A stretch of DNA of 63,373 nt, the filler included, from Choristocarpus tenellus KU-1152 (lineage: Eukaryota; Protista; Phaeophyceae), in the NCBI GenBank assembly GCA_964200185.2. It is 6 parts of 6 records of this genome, joined end to end, with 100 filler letters (N's around TTAATTAATTAA, not from the genome) between each part and the next. Parts side by side here need not be neighbours in the genome. Positions count along the whole stretch, not along the records: positions 1 to 6,775 come from CAXNAD020007376.1; positions 6,876 to 21,896 come from CAXNAD020001074.1; 4 more parts are not named here. One strand, given 5' to 3'. Made by a program: the position numbers and the translations under genes. Positions 1 to 13,200 of this stretch are shown here, piece after piece (the stretch's first letter is position 1; each line of letters starts with the position of its first letter). The notes below the pieces were generated by a model, which did not search any database, was not told the origin of the DNA, and saw nothing but the letters and a program-made list of their open reading frames with translations.

Positions 1-600
1 GTCAAACCCATCCTCCATAGTATGCTCCATCCTCAATTTTGGTGAGAGGCTGTTGATTGTTCGAGGAGTGGGTAGGTCAACACCAGCTCGAATTCGAGCC
101 TTTTCAAGACGTACCCCTGCACTTGAAACAATATGACCATGGGTTCAACTCCTCTTGCTGGGGGTCAAACCACAGTTTAGAAGGTTTTAAAGTAAGGCCA
201 GCATTTTGAAGGGCCATGAAAAGGTTTTCAACCAAAGCTATATGATGGTCCCAAGTGGCAGAACCAAGTATGAGATCATCCATGTAACAAAGCAGACCTG
301 ACCCCGTGCTAAAATAAGGTAGAGCTCGAGCCATCATGCCTTGAAAAATAGAGGGGGCGTTGCTCAGAACCAAAAGGAAGCCGTTTCCATTACAAACTTA
401 ACTTTATGGGTGACAAAAGCAGTCTTGCCAATGTCTGCTTTCGCCACAGGAATTTGATGATATGCTGATTGAACATCTGCAACAGAAAGAAATTTTGCTG
501 CACCAATATAGATAGTCAAGGTGTTCTTCAGCTAAGGGCATGGGCCAAGAACCTTTTTTTCCCTCAACATGAATACTTTGTGATGATGATTTTGTACACA
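1..600 (-). mobile_element. Ty3/gypsy LTR retrotransposon reverse transcriptase, frameshifted remnant
   Basis: Minus-strand frames give VQSAYHQIPVAKADIGKTAFVTH, LSNAPSIFQGMM and LCYMDDLILGSATWDHHIALVENLFMALQNAGLTLKPSK (YxDD motif and gypsy RT blocks), broken by frameshifts. Confidence 0.9.
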
Positions 601-1757
601 AAGGAAGAGATGCAAAATGTGATAATGCACTAGTGTACCATGTGGAAGTAGTATTATTAGGGTTCTGATCTGCACCTCTTTAGGAAAACTTGGTTGAGAA
701 GCATGTTATGCTGGATATGTTGAGGAATAAACTCTGCTTGTGGAGCAAATGCTACAGAAAACGAACCATGTTTAGCTCGTTTTACAACCCCGTCGACTCT
801 TTCACTAGACCCGACTTCATACCCAAAAGAGCTACAGGGGTTATTGTCTTCAGGGCCCCATCAATTTTTACCAAATTTTCTAGCCCTTGCTTCATCAGAT
901 ACACGAATTGAATGCATACTATTCGTGTGTGTAGAATGCAGAGCAGCTATACTGTACTGTACTGTGCTGTTCTGATGGTAATTGATGTGGTGATGATTAA
1001 CTACTAGTGAGAGTAATGACCAGTGCATAACGGACCAATCAACAGTCCGAATTGACTGGTGGAAGTGTATCGTATCAAGAAAAAACAAATGAGTAGCCTA
1101 TGTTTTAACATAAAACAGTGGACCATAAAAAGTAAAAAATACCACTCCAAAAAACTAACTCAATTAAATGCCCATGAATAAATGAGATCGAGCGCATTGT
1201 ACATGGCAAGATAGATGGCTTAGAATGCAAAGGGTTCAAACTTGGCTACCCTCTATTGATTTGGTGTGAAGGTGGGCAAGAGTCAGAGAAAAATATAATG
1301 AAATCTGTTAAGCCATGCACATCTTGTTTACTTACACAGAATTGTACTGTATTCGAATCTTCATTTATCACAAAGTGTCGTCTAGACCAAAACATGAATA
1401 GTATGAGGTGGTTACGTCATTTACGCCAAAAAATCATCAACTTTTTGAAAACTGGTTTACCGCCCTTAACACTCTATATATTGTTATCCCCTCTGACATT
1501 TTGCAGATGTGTCAGGGGAAAAGCCAAAACAATATCATAAGGACCCCTGTATAGTAACAGTTGTAGTAAATATGCTAGATATCTTTCTATAATCTATTTA
1601 CTCTTTGACTAGCAGCTATGCTACACTATTCCCCTCCTATGCCTCCAACCTACCTTTACCCTACACCACAATTCGAGGAGCTAGAGAGGCACCCTAAGAG
1701 TCTGATAGGCCTTTCCTTGCCCATTTCGCTGCTGTCTCCATCTAAAGAGCATTGACA

Positions 1758-2017
1758 GAGTGAAAGTAACTTAGAGGGTACGAATTTTTTCCTTTTTGTC
1801 CATTTGGGGCTTGGCTTCTCAAGTTTTTTTTATGACGTTTTGCTATTCCTAAATGTTTAGGAGTAGGTAAAATGTTTAAGTTGTGAAAAAGTGTTTGCAG
1901 AACATGGTTATTTTGACACTTCCTAATAAACACGATAGCCAAAAATACATCCAAATCGCAACATTAGAATTTGGCCCCCAAAAGGACGCGGCTCTACCCT
2001 CTAAGATACTTTGGGTC
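1758..2017 (-). mobile_element. MITE family A copy
   Basis: Ends GAGTGAAAGTAACTTAGAGGGTA ... TACCCTCTAAGATACTTTGGGTC; internal sequence matches the other copies. It abuts the CRE-like fragment. Confidence 0.9.
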
Positions 2018-2480
2018 ACGTCTTGATAGAGCCACTTGTGTATTGTGACAGACTCTATCTGTTGTAAACAGGATTTGACAGCTCCTTTCCTGCTGTAGCC
2101 TCCTGTCCCTCTCCCCCTCACAGTTTGCGTAGCCACCTCATCCAGAAAACCTTCTGCTTGCTTACCAAGGCGCCCAAAACGTTCCATCATGAAGGTGTTG
2201 AGGTTATAACTACGAGGGTCAAAAGAACCCTCGTAGTGGATGCGCTTTCGCGCCTTAGCTGCAGCAGCAGCTACACCAATTGCTGGTGGATGAGTATGGT
2301 AGATGGGAGGCTGCTTGCACTTGTGCAAACGTAACATCGAGGAGGAGGCCTTTGTCCTGATACGGAGCTGATCCGGAGTCCGCAAGTGCCCCAGCATGGA
2401 AGACCACATCCATTCAGAAATTCTGGTCGACTGTGCATGGGCTACCGTCCTCCGTAGTGCTCTACGTTTTTGTGGCTGGT
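2018..2480 (-). mobile_element. Non-LTR retrotransposon (CRE/R2-like) C-terminal restriction-like endonuclease region, decayed
   Basis: GVAAAAAKARKRIHY...NTFMMERFGRLGKQAEGFLDEVA resembles the AExRKxxKY...PFAVETFGRLGxxAxxFL signature of RLE-type non-LTR elements. Confidence 0.65.
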
Positions 2481-2988
2481 ACGGCGAGACGAATTTGTAC
2501 ACAGTGACACACAGTAAATTGAAAATGCGTTACACCGATACTTGGTTCATGCATGGCATTGTTCAGCTTACAGCTTGCAACGCGAAGTTTAGCTTTTGGA
2601 TCCATCTCCCATTACATCGGTTGCATCCATTCTATGTTGATCAGCGTAGTGAAAAGCGATGCACCGTTTTTGAGTGTTTGTGGTTCTCATTTTTTTTCTC
2701 CATATGAGATTGAGAGCCAAAAGCAATAACTTGGTGAGGTCTGCTTGGTGGGTAGATGTATTGTGTCCCTGTAGAGCAGATATGGAGGATGATGTTTATA
2801 CACATGCGATATTGGAGTCAAACCAAATGGGAGGTAGGCAAGGTTGCTCTTTTAAGGATTCTGAGAATGACGAAAAAGGTGACATTTTGTACAATTGCAA
2901 CAAGAACCTTTGCTGTCACTTGGTGTATGAAAAGTAGGAGTATCGATTTTGCATATGCTAATGTACACATGAAGGCATGAAATGCAGT

Positions 2989-5101
2989 CAGTGTACCTAT
3001 ATAAGAGAGGGTAGGGAAAAGGAGAACAAGAGATTATGATAAGAAAGACGTATTTTATTTTGAGGAAAAGTGGTCATAGGCACTTTATACTTGTCCCCAA
3101 ACGATGACAGAGCGACACCCTTGCTGTATGTGCTGCCCATGTGCCTTCAAGAGTAGCTACATGTAGATATGTATTGAACATTGCCCTTGGTGAGCCCATT
3201 TTGATGAAGCTGTGGTGGTGCAGCAAGCACCACATCTACACCACTCCTCCACAGTATACCAGTGTCGTATGCATACCGTACTGTGACTTGGGTAAAATTT
3301 CACTAATTACAATGTATTCACTGATATGTATAGTACACCTTCCCAAGAAAAGCATCCGCAAGTCGATGGATGGCTGGACAGACGACTCGCAGATCAAATC
3401 GGATCAACGTTCAAAGCCAATCTCCCTAAGTCCTAACCTACGTATTCAATTGCACTCTACAAGGATATTATACAGTACAGCATCAAAAACACCACCATGG
3501 ATCAAATGTAGCTGCAGCGCCATGCAACTCCCACCACACGCACTGAGTAAAACAACTTATTCACTGATAAAAAAATCGTGACTGCCAAAAAGGTCTCGAA
3601 TGTCCGCTTGTTTGATTGCCCTTGCCCCGATTGCCCCGAGTCAAGCCAGCTTTGCTTTCCGGAGATGGTACGAAACATCGTTCATGCTGCACTCTTCGGT
3701 GGTTGTTTCTAAGCTTTCAAACTCGTCAGCTACTTGAGAGTACAACGGTTGAGGAATCGAGAAATTGAATAGGCTGCTCCTTTCCTCACAGTCCCCTATA
3801 CACTGCCCCTTCCACAAACCCATCGTCATCCTCATCACCCGAGCTCTCATTATCTGACTGGTACAAGAATTTCTCGAGCATCTATCTGGTCTTTTATTTC
3901 CTCTAGTATAACATTGGCGATTTCATTGTTGTCTTTCACACCGATCCATGTTCTTGCTACGTTCATGGAAGCCTGAGATGGCTTTCCGCCGTGCTTGAAG
4001 GTGCAGAGAGCGTCAAGAGCACTAGGGAGATCTTCATCAACAAATAGGGACACCTTGTGTGGGACGTTACCTTCTACAAAAAAAATAACCACCTGTGATA
4101 CTACAGTACACAGTACGGGCATTAAAGTACGATAGAAATGAGTGCAATAATAAAAAAAATCAATCATGATTCTCATCAGCAGACAGTGCAGAAAAGAGTA
4201 TTCAATCATATCACAATCAACCTACTTCCAGAATTTCAATCCACAAGCTGACACACCTCGGTATGTTCGGCGCCCCTTGCAGACTTGTTGTCAGCCTTTA
4301 GTGTGTCTGTGCTTCCTCCATGATGGTTCTTACCTTCTTCAACTTGTAGAGGGTGCTATGACTGATTCCAAACTTTTGAGCAACCGCAGTTCCCATCATG
4401 GTCCTCGGGAGTTTCAATGCTTCCACCTTTCTGCAAACGTCGAGTGTTTGTGATTGTCGGCACCGCGAGGCTTGTATGACGCTGCTTTCTCCGTAGATAT
4501 ATTTGACAGCACCTTCCCCTTGCCCTTGTTATCATGGCACTTCGACGCAATGTTGTTACTGGCTGGAGGAGTTGAAGCCTTGCACTAGGTGGGGCTCATG
4601 CACAATTTGCACACCCGTTTCATTTTGCTGGCACCAAAGGATCCGCGATGCCGCAAATACCATGATAGCCGCTACAACGCGACACGTATGGCATGTACAG
4701 TGTGGTGGACGAGGAGTGTTACCCTGCATGTTGCAGCTGGATCCCGCTGCGCAATGCATCGTTGTATCCGTACAATTCAGTTGTCTATCCCTTGACCTGA
4801 TAAACTGTACATACTCTACTGTGCAGTCTTGAGAGACAACAGACTGCTATGTTGTGTGCTGGTGGTGTCGAGGAACCTTTGTCCCTTACTTTGTTATATA
4901 TTTTGTTTTACTTTAGACATCGATTTTTGGGAAACCCTTCAGTCAAGTAGTGAAAAAAAGTGCAAGTTTACTCGATATAAGAGAGAATAGGGAGGAAAAC
5001 GCCGAAACCTCTCTAATAACCTCAAAAGTTATAACAATGTAATTTACCCTCTCTTATATCCCGTTTTCTCTAATTTCGACCTATCTTACATAGGTACACC
5101 G
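2989..5101 (-). mobile_element. Decayed pogo/Tigger-like (Tc1/mariner superfamily) TIR DNA element
   Basis: 22-bp TIRs CAGTGTACCTATATAAGAGAGG (2989-3010) and CCTATCTTACATAGGTACACCG (5080-5101), 19/22 match, CAGT terminus, subterminal ATATAAGAGAG repeats. Minus-strand coding remnants: Cys/His-rich N-terminal segment (~4590-4760) and C-terminal SYHLRKAKLA*...KQADIRDLF. TA TSD not preserved. Confidence 0.6.
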
Positions 5102-6775
5102 ATTGTAGAGTGTATTGCACAGTGTAAGAAAGATGGCATAGAATGCAAAATAGTGTAAACCTGCCTACCTCTCAATTGGATTTGACTCACAGCACATATT
5201 GAAATTGTGTCAAGGGTTCTGAACAGAAAATGACTTTGCTTGGTTGATGAAAGTAAGAAGAAAAGACTGATCATCAATAGAAGTCTATGGGATTGGGTGT
5301 AGTTGGCCCAGTGAAGAGGTCGGTTCTAGGTTAGGGACATCAACTCTTTGAGGAAGTGCTAAGGGTGGAGAGTACACTTTCTTCATCAAAGGTGTCCTCC
5401 TGTGTATGGAGCTGCAGGCGAGGGAAAGAATACACGGGGAACAGAGGAAGGGCGGAATATCACAGGTAGAAAATTCGGTTCTAGGAGGAAGCAAACAAGA
5501 GCTAATTTTGAAGACGTCTGTGGAGAAAGTTTTGTACTTTAATTTGGCATATACCACGTGAGCGTGTGATGGATGTGTGGTGTGGAGGGGAATTGGACGG
5601 GAGAGAGAAAAAAGGGCTCACTCACACACAATGGTCCCCTTGACAGAATAATTTTTTATGGCATATTAGTACTGCAACTGTCAGGATGGTGAACAACTTG
5701 TTGGAGATGCAAAAAACATGTTGCAGAGAATGAGAGGATTGAATGGAAGATATTCTGGAGAGCTTTCCCACCAAAGTTTGGGGAAGCGACCAGGAAGCTG
5801 GATCAGGTCATTGTAGTAATGGGAGGTAGGCTTCATCAACTTGACCATGGGTTTCATTATTACTCCTGCTACTGATTTTCAAATAGCTAAGAGTAGTTGG
5901 TGGGGGGAACCAGGAGATTGTGGAATCCATGAAGTGGAATGTTTGGCACAGCTTATGTCGACTGATTCACTGGTTCTTCCTATCTCATGGAAGACTTGTA
6001 CAAAGTATTTATCAATTTTTCGGACTCCACCCACATGATTATCACCATCGAACAATGAACCACAAGCTTGATGGTTAGTAGTAGTGCCCTTTCACACTGG
6101 TTACAAGGCTTGATAAAGAATTGTTTTTTTTCTTTTCCTGTGATCGCCTTTGACCAATGACTGCGTAAACAGATGGTACTGCATATACGTTATGCTTTTG
6201 TCTATACGACCCTTACCTGCATAGAATATTCTATTTAGACTCACAGAATAGTAAGCCAGCAAAGGAAGGTATGATCTATTTGCTGAATATTACTACTTAT
6301 CAGGCTACTGACCGGGAAAAGGGTAAATATAAAAACAAGAAGAGTATGAAGGCATACTCAACTAAGAGAACGCGCCAAATTTTGGTCCAGCTATATTGTA
6401 CACCTTCAGGTTCGAGAAACAGGTTACAAATACTGTCAAATAGAGTCTCAAAATTGTTCAGCTTGGTCACAAAATATTAGCCTAGAGAGAAAAAACCCGA
6501 TAGCACTTAGAGTGATTAGAGAGAGTTTCACCATGCCATCATATCTGTGCGAAAGAAATTGAACTGCTTGCAGGACGTTTGCTGGACTCTTTTACAAGTG
6601 TTTGAGTTTAGTGGGAATCCTTAGCTCATCCATTATTTTCCGACTTTACGTTGACTTTTCTCAACAGTACAGTTCCATTCCACGAACAATCACTCCCCAT
6701 CCCCATCTCTCTTCAGAGGTTTTGGTGCCTCGGTGGGGGGGGGGGGCTTAGCAGCACCCTCCATTCACCCCTTTC

Positions 6776-6875
6776 NNNNNNNNNNNNNNNNNNNNNNNNN
6801 NNNNNNNNNNNNNNNNNNNTTAATTAATTAANNNNNNNNNNNNNNNNNNNNNNNNNNNNNNNNNNNNNNNNNNNN
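6776..6875. other. Artificial contig linker (N44-TTAATTAATTAA-N44)
   Basis: Identical 100-bp construct occurs 5 times; the 12-mer gives stops in all six frames. Confidence 0.97.
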
Positions 6876-7058
6876 TTGGCTATCGTGTTTGTTAGGAAGT
6901 GTCAATATCCTTGCTCCGGACACACCTTTTCAGAACGTATAATTTTTACCTACTCCGAAACATTTTGAAGTAGGAAAATGTCATAAAAACCCCGAGGGAA
7001 GCAAAGCCCCAAACGGACAAACAGGGCAAAACTCGTACCCTCTAAGATACTTTGGCTC
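6876..7058 (+). mobile_element. MITE family A copy, 5' part lost in gap
   Basis: Family A internal sequence ending GTACCCTCTAAGATACTTTGGCTC. Confidence 0.9.
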
Positions 7059-7245
7059 AAAGACATTCAAATACTCCGTTCATCCCACATCTTCAATGAT
7101 GGGGATGTGCCATGACTATCATGTGCGAGGTGCCCTACCTAAATGAACTTAAATTAAGTTCTGCCAAGTTACACTACATATGTTCAAGCTAATGCTGCAA
7201 TTGTATTGCCGATGCCTTTCCCCCCTCCTCTTCACCCTACCCCAG

Positions 7246-10200
7246 CTCAAGTATTTGGCCGGGTATCTCCTGTTTGTGTATGGAACTTCGCTCGTTGGCA
7301 CTGTTGCATGTAGCATGAGGGAGAGGGAGAGTCGATACGACTTTCTGCACAGACGTATCCTTCAGGAAAACAAGGTTTGTACTACCTAGAGTTGTGATGT
7401 CAGAGCAAAGTCAAAAATGAAAGGTGGAGAGGATGAAGGAGGGAATGAGGTCAATGAAAGGATTCCAGATGAGTTGCGATAAGGGTTGAACAATTTATGG
7501 ATCCTGCAGGTCGTATCTGTGAATATTTTTGACCCGTAGAGGAGTGATCAAAACTGGCTATTATATTCCCATGGCTTTCCATTGGAGAGGAGTTACTATT
7601 GCATGTTTGTTGTCTGCCACATATGCCCTACAGGCCATAATAATCGTACTTCCAAGTTGCTTGATCCATTTCCACCAATAAGGATCAGCAGATTGTGACA
7701 TACACTCCTCTACACTCCCCGTTTGACCTACATCCCTGTCTCTATAATAACCAACAAAATATGTCGACGTTGATTCAGACCAAGACTATGGAATTGCTCA
7801 AAAACATGTTCCCAAATGTGAGCCATATAGCAAGGCTTGTTAGCGGTACAGAGGTGGTGGACCAGCTTGATGATGTAACCATCATGTTTAGCGACCTCAA
7901 GGGCTACACGCAATGGGCCGCCACACAGAGTCCCTGTGAGGTGTATCGTGTCCTCAATAAGGTATACACAGCCTTTGACACTCACATCGATGCCATGGGG
8001 GTCTACAAGCTCGACACAATAGGGGATGCTTTTGTTGTCGTGACTGGACTGAACGGCTTTGCATCTGAAAAGGTGGGACTTGTGGTCAGGCAGAAATATT
8101 GTTATGCGGTCCATACCTTGTACTCAGCACCCTCTCAACTCAGGGAATGCATCCACAGAATGTGACATTTGGGAAGTCATTTCTGTCCTGCTACTGTACA
8201 CTTTCTGTCTCTTCACCATTGCCATTTTCTCTAAAGCTTTGCCTTGACCCCTTAGGGCTTTCCTCTAGATCTAACCATTACCTTTATATTAGCATACTGC
8301 GACTACATTGCATGAAGAGCAAAGATTTGACCTTCGTGTAGCCTGGTTGTACTCCCAAAGGTATGCCCTGGATCCTCTCGTTAGGTTCCACTCAGACTTC
8401 CTACTCCTCCAATGTCCCTCCTTGCCCTTTGCGAGTTGAACCCTCCAACATCTACTCTCTTTCCCTAGTGCAGGATCATGCCATGGCTATGGTCAAGTAT
8501 GCCTTTCGGATGTTGTTTGAGCTGGATCGCATCAAAACTGAGGAGCACCTCAATTTCGAGATGCGCATTGGACTACACACTGGGCCAGCCATTGGGGGTG
8601 TCATTGGCCGCAAGAAACCCAGGTTGATATACTGGGTAGTCAGGATTCTTATATGGTTTCTCGTATACCTCAATTCCCCTTATCGATCTCTTCATGTGAA
8701 ACAATTTCTTCATTTTCCCATCCTCTCTGCTTTCCACCCTCGAGTTCCTCATATTTGCTCTGCCATTCAGTGGTACAATAACCAACATGAATATACAAAT
8801 TACACTTGATTTGTCCCATGTGAGGGTGGTGCACTCACTAGGTGCATTATTCAGCAATGGCACAAGACCAGTTGTATACTACCGGAGTAGTATGTGCAAT
8901 TGTTCTGACAAGAAATTCGTTTGTGGAGTTCCACAGCTTGATCTCATTTTGTGTTCCTATATTGAGCGGTACTGTTCAACGCCCTTAAAGAGCAAAATCT
9001 TGATATGCCTGAGTGGTTCGATGTTTCTACGTTTAAGAATTTTGGAAAGTAAAGATCGGTCAAGAGTCAAAGCATCTGAGAGGGTAGAGCTGCGTCCATT
9101 CGGGGATCAAAATTCAATGTTGTGATTTTGATTTAATTTTGGCTATCGTGTTAAGAAGTATTGTTGATATCCTAATTCTGGACACACCTTTTAATATCAT
9201 ACACACTTTACCTACTCCGGAACATTTCGGGGTAGGAAAATGTTATAAAACACCCGTGGCAAGTCAAGCCGCAAATGGACAAATATGGAAAACTCGTACC
9301 CTCTGAGATACTTTCACCGTCAAGTTTTGATCGAATTTGGGAAAGTCACTATGCTGTACTGTATCCTCTCACACCAGAGAGTAGAAAATAATATTACATG
9401 CAACCTAGTTTCTTGCTAGTTACTACCTGAACTTCAAGGCACCTGTAAATCTGCAAACGCCATATGTTGAGCCAGACTGTTCGTTGGCAGCTGTTTGGAC
9501 AGGATGTCGAAATATTCCGCAGGGGGGGACATGCAGGAGACTGTAGTAATTCGTTCTGATTTGGCTAAGTGCATGGTACACGTTCCTCTTGAAAGATTCT
9601 CGGACTCCTAGAACATACAACAAGGGTGGTCCCTGAATCTATACTGTTATGGTATTAACATTCTTAAACAGCTTTAGCAACTACATCAAAGAGTAAGTCT
9701 AATCAGATATCCTCATACCTCATAGTTATAAAGAATTAAATTTTAGTCTTCTCCTGCTACTCTCACTACTACAACTGAGCTGGACACCTTGCTGATTGGT
9801 TCATTTTGATCTATCCACATCATCGAACTGAATGGCTCCATTGTGAACCGGTGTATACAAGACCTATTGGTTGAGTATTGTAGGTACACAGCAAAAGTAC
9901 AAGGACAAGCCTTGTGGCACCTGCAATAGCTTTAATGTTGTTGGAAGGACGGGACAAAACTTTGATGACTTCAGGTTTAGGTTATTAGGATGAAAGTAAA
10001 ATTGCATCCAAAATGTATCTTAGAGCCAATGTATCTTAGAGGGTAGAGCCGCGTTCATTTGGGGACCAAAATCGAATGTTGCAATTTTGATGTAATTTTG
10101 GCTCTCGTGTTTGTTAGGAAGTGTCAATATCCATGTTCCGGACACACCTTTTCATAACATATATAGATTACCTACTCCACAACATTTTGGAGTAGGAAAA

Positions 10201-13200
10201 TTTCATAAAAGAACCCCATGGGAAGTCAAGTCCTAAATGGACAAACAGGGAAAAATTCGTACCCTCTAAGATACTTTTACTCTTATGGTGCCACATAGGT
10301 GTGATCCACGTCATGTCTCGCTTGGAAGTATGATTAAATGATGATCAATGTTTCAGTCCCGCTGAATCTCAGATTGTCTGTCATGCTAGCGTGAAGTAGA
10401 TTGCCAATCCCAAACAACATAGATGTTGCGGCACAGTGGGGTGTAACGATCGTATTATATTACTAGGTATATTTCCTACACAAGTTATGATCATTCAATT
10501 GGGTTTCAGTTGGTTATAGCACTCCTTTGTCCTTAGTCTCCTACATGTGCTTGCACTTCCCATCAGCACCCTCAAAGTCTCTTCTTTGCAAAGTAATATG
10601 TTGCCTTAGTGACATGGCTTTTCTGTGTCCCTATCCCGTTCCCTTTCCAACACAAATGACTGTCTGCCACTTCAACGTAGATATCTTTGCTGGGGACGAA
10701 CCCCTCTTATTGCCAATGAGTTGGAGGCTGCAGGTACCCCAGACACACTCCTGGTGAGTACTGAATGCAGTACAAAGGAAGACACCCGTGTGTTGAGAGG
10801 CGCATCAGTATTAAGATCATACTCAATTTATAGCATTTTGTCCTCTGTAGCAAATCAAGAGGGGATATTAGTTGCATACCAAACAAGCATTTGCTGCGCA
10901 TCTGTTTTGCTCTTATCTTGTCTTGGACATACAGTCAATTCAACTAAAATTGAAATCGTCACAAGAAACTAAAGTAAATAACATGCACTGCTTAATATTT
11001 GGTCCTCCAAAATGCTTCCAGGTAAGCAGTGCAACCTTCAAGAGACTAGACAAGAAAGACCTTCTGGAGAGGGGGCTTAAGTTTCGTCCAGGGAAACCGC
11101 TGCCCCTCAAAACGTTCAATAACATGGAGGATATACCAACCTACTTCATTGAGATGGTCGGTTTGCTGCCTTTGTGTTCCGACTTCTGAATCCTCCCTTC
11201 TTCTCAGCATTAACCCTCTCCCCCCCTATCTCCTAGATGTTTTACTTGAGCACTGCTAAGGCTCCTGTAGCAATAGAGCCAGATCAATATGTTTTTTTTG
11301 TTTACTGTGTTGTTTCCGGCGTAACTCTGCCCTTGTCCTCTTACCGAGCCATGCAAGGATAGGAGCCAGAGATATGTTTAGCGCTGTACTCAAAACCACC
11401 ATACCTCACAACATACCCTGCACTAGAACCCCCAAATGAAGTTTCTGCTTTGACCATGATCTGGGTACAACATGACTGCCTTGGTCAGTACAATACTCCG
11501 TCATACCTCGAGGTTTATGTCCAATATGCCACTCCTGGACTTAGAGGACGCTAGTGTAAACACATTGCTTTGCTTCTCTCGGAGTATTTCCCTTCACATG
11601 TAGCTGGTGGTTAGAGGCACATCCATCTCAAAGGCTACGGGTATAATTGAAACCGCATACCCCTTGGCATTCACACAGGACTCCATCACAGCATTTACTC
11701 AGCTAGCAAATGAGATTTCCAAGGAGAAGCGGTCAGAGCATTTTGGAACTGAACAAGGTAGAGAACGACGATGTTTTCATTAGTAGAGAATAGATATTCA
11801 AAGTAGGGGCAGCATGATTTCTTAAGGGCTACATGAAAAGGTGCTGGGGAAAATGAGGGTTGCAGGGTACGGTAGTTCTTCCTTCACCTCGCCCTTTCTG
11901 CAGTGTGATGCAACACCTAGGTTTCTTGATTGATTAAAGCATTGTGCAACTGATTATTTAACACCTAGCTTAAGAAACGGCAACTGTTTTCTCTTGCAGA
12001 AACTCCACTATACACTGCCTACAGTAGTTCCAAAGATTAAATGGAGGACAGGTATACAAAACCATGACACTAAAGCCCAAATAGAATGAACCTAGTTAAT
12101 CTGGAGCAAAAATGACACCTTGATCTCGCTCCTTAGGGCATGGCCATGAATGCTAACCTAAATTTAGACATTGCCCTATGTGCAGATATCACCCAACCTT
12201 AAACAGCATGAACTGTGTGCACTGCCTTGACACTACTGTCCCACTGTTCTCCCACTGCTCTCTGTGCTCTCCAGCTGCAACTGCGTTGTGTGACTCTGAA
12301 GCTCAAGTCTACTCGCTCAAGGGGTTGGATCGGGTACGGGAGATCTTCCAGAACAAAAGAGGAAGAAAAAGGAGGCGATTAGGTGGGTGAAATTATTAAT
12401 TATTGTGGTCTTCGTTGATAGGAGAAATCAGGGGTGAGTTGATTTCATGGTAACTATTTGTCCTGACTAGTTGAGTCAAATTATCTTAGAGGGTATAGCC
12501 GCGTCCGTTTGGGACCAAATTCCAATGTTGCGATTTTGATGTAATTTTGGCTATTGTGTTTGTTAGGAAGTGTCAACGTCCTTGTTCTGAACACACCTTT
12601 TCATAACATAAACATTTCCCCTACTCCGAAACATTCGGAGTAGGTAAATGTCATTAAAAAAAACCGTGGACAAACAGGGAAAAATTCGTACCCTCTAAGA
12701 TAGTGAAACACCTAGCTTTAATGCCAGATGGGTACTTCCTTGTGAGTGAAAGTATCTTAGAGGGTATGAGTATTGCCCTGTTTGTCCATTTGGGGGTCGA
12801 CTTACCTTTTTTTTAATGAAATTTTCCTACTCCAAAAAGATTCGTAAGTAGGTAAAATGTGCACATTATGAAATGGTGTGTCCAGAACATGGATATTGAC
12901 ACTTCCTATCAAACATGAAGGCCAAAACTACATCAAAATCGCAATATTGGATTTTGGCCCCCAAATGGACGCAGCTCTACCCTCTAAGATATTTTGACTC
13001 TTGTCTCGTTTATTCTCTTGCCTCTCCTACACTCCCCACTACTCTAAACTAGAAAGTTGCCGTGTTGTTCATGTTTAGCTGTATTCCTTCCATTTGAAGT
13101 ACTAAACTATCAATATCCGACCAAAAACGTTTCAAAAAGAGTATCACAAAGTACTATATGTTTGGAATTCTGGCCATCAAGTGTGGGCTTGGGGGTTGGC

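Noticed and set aside
6820-6831. TTAATTAATTAA as a biological motif or PacI-like site
   Set aside because: Always centred in exactly 44+44 Ns; it is a six-frame stop linker.
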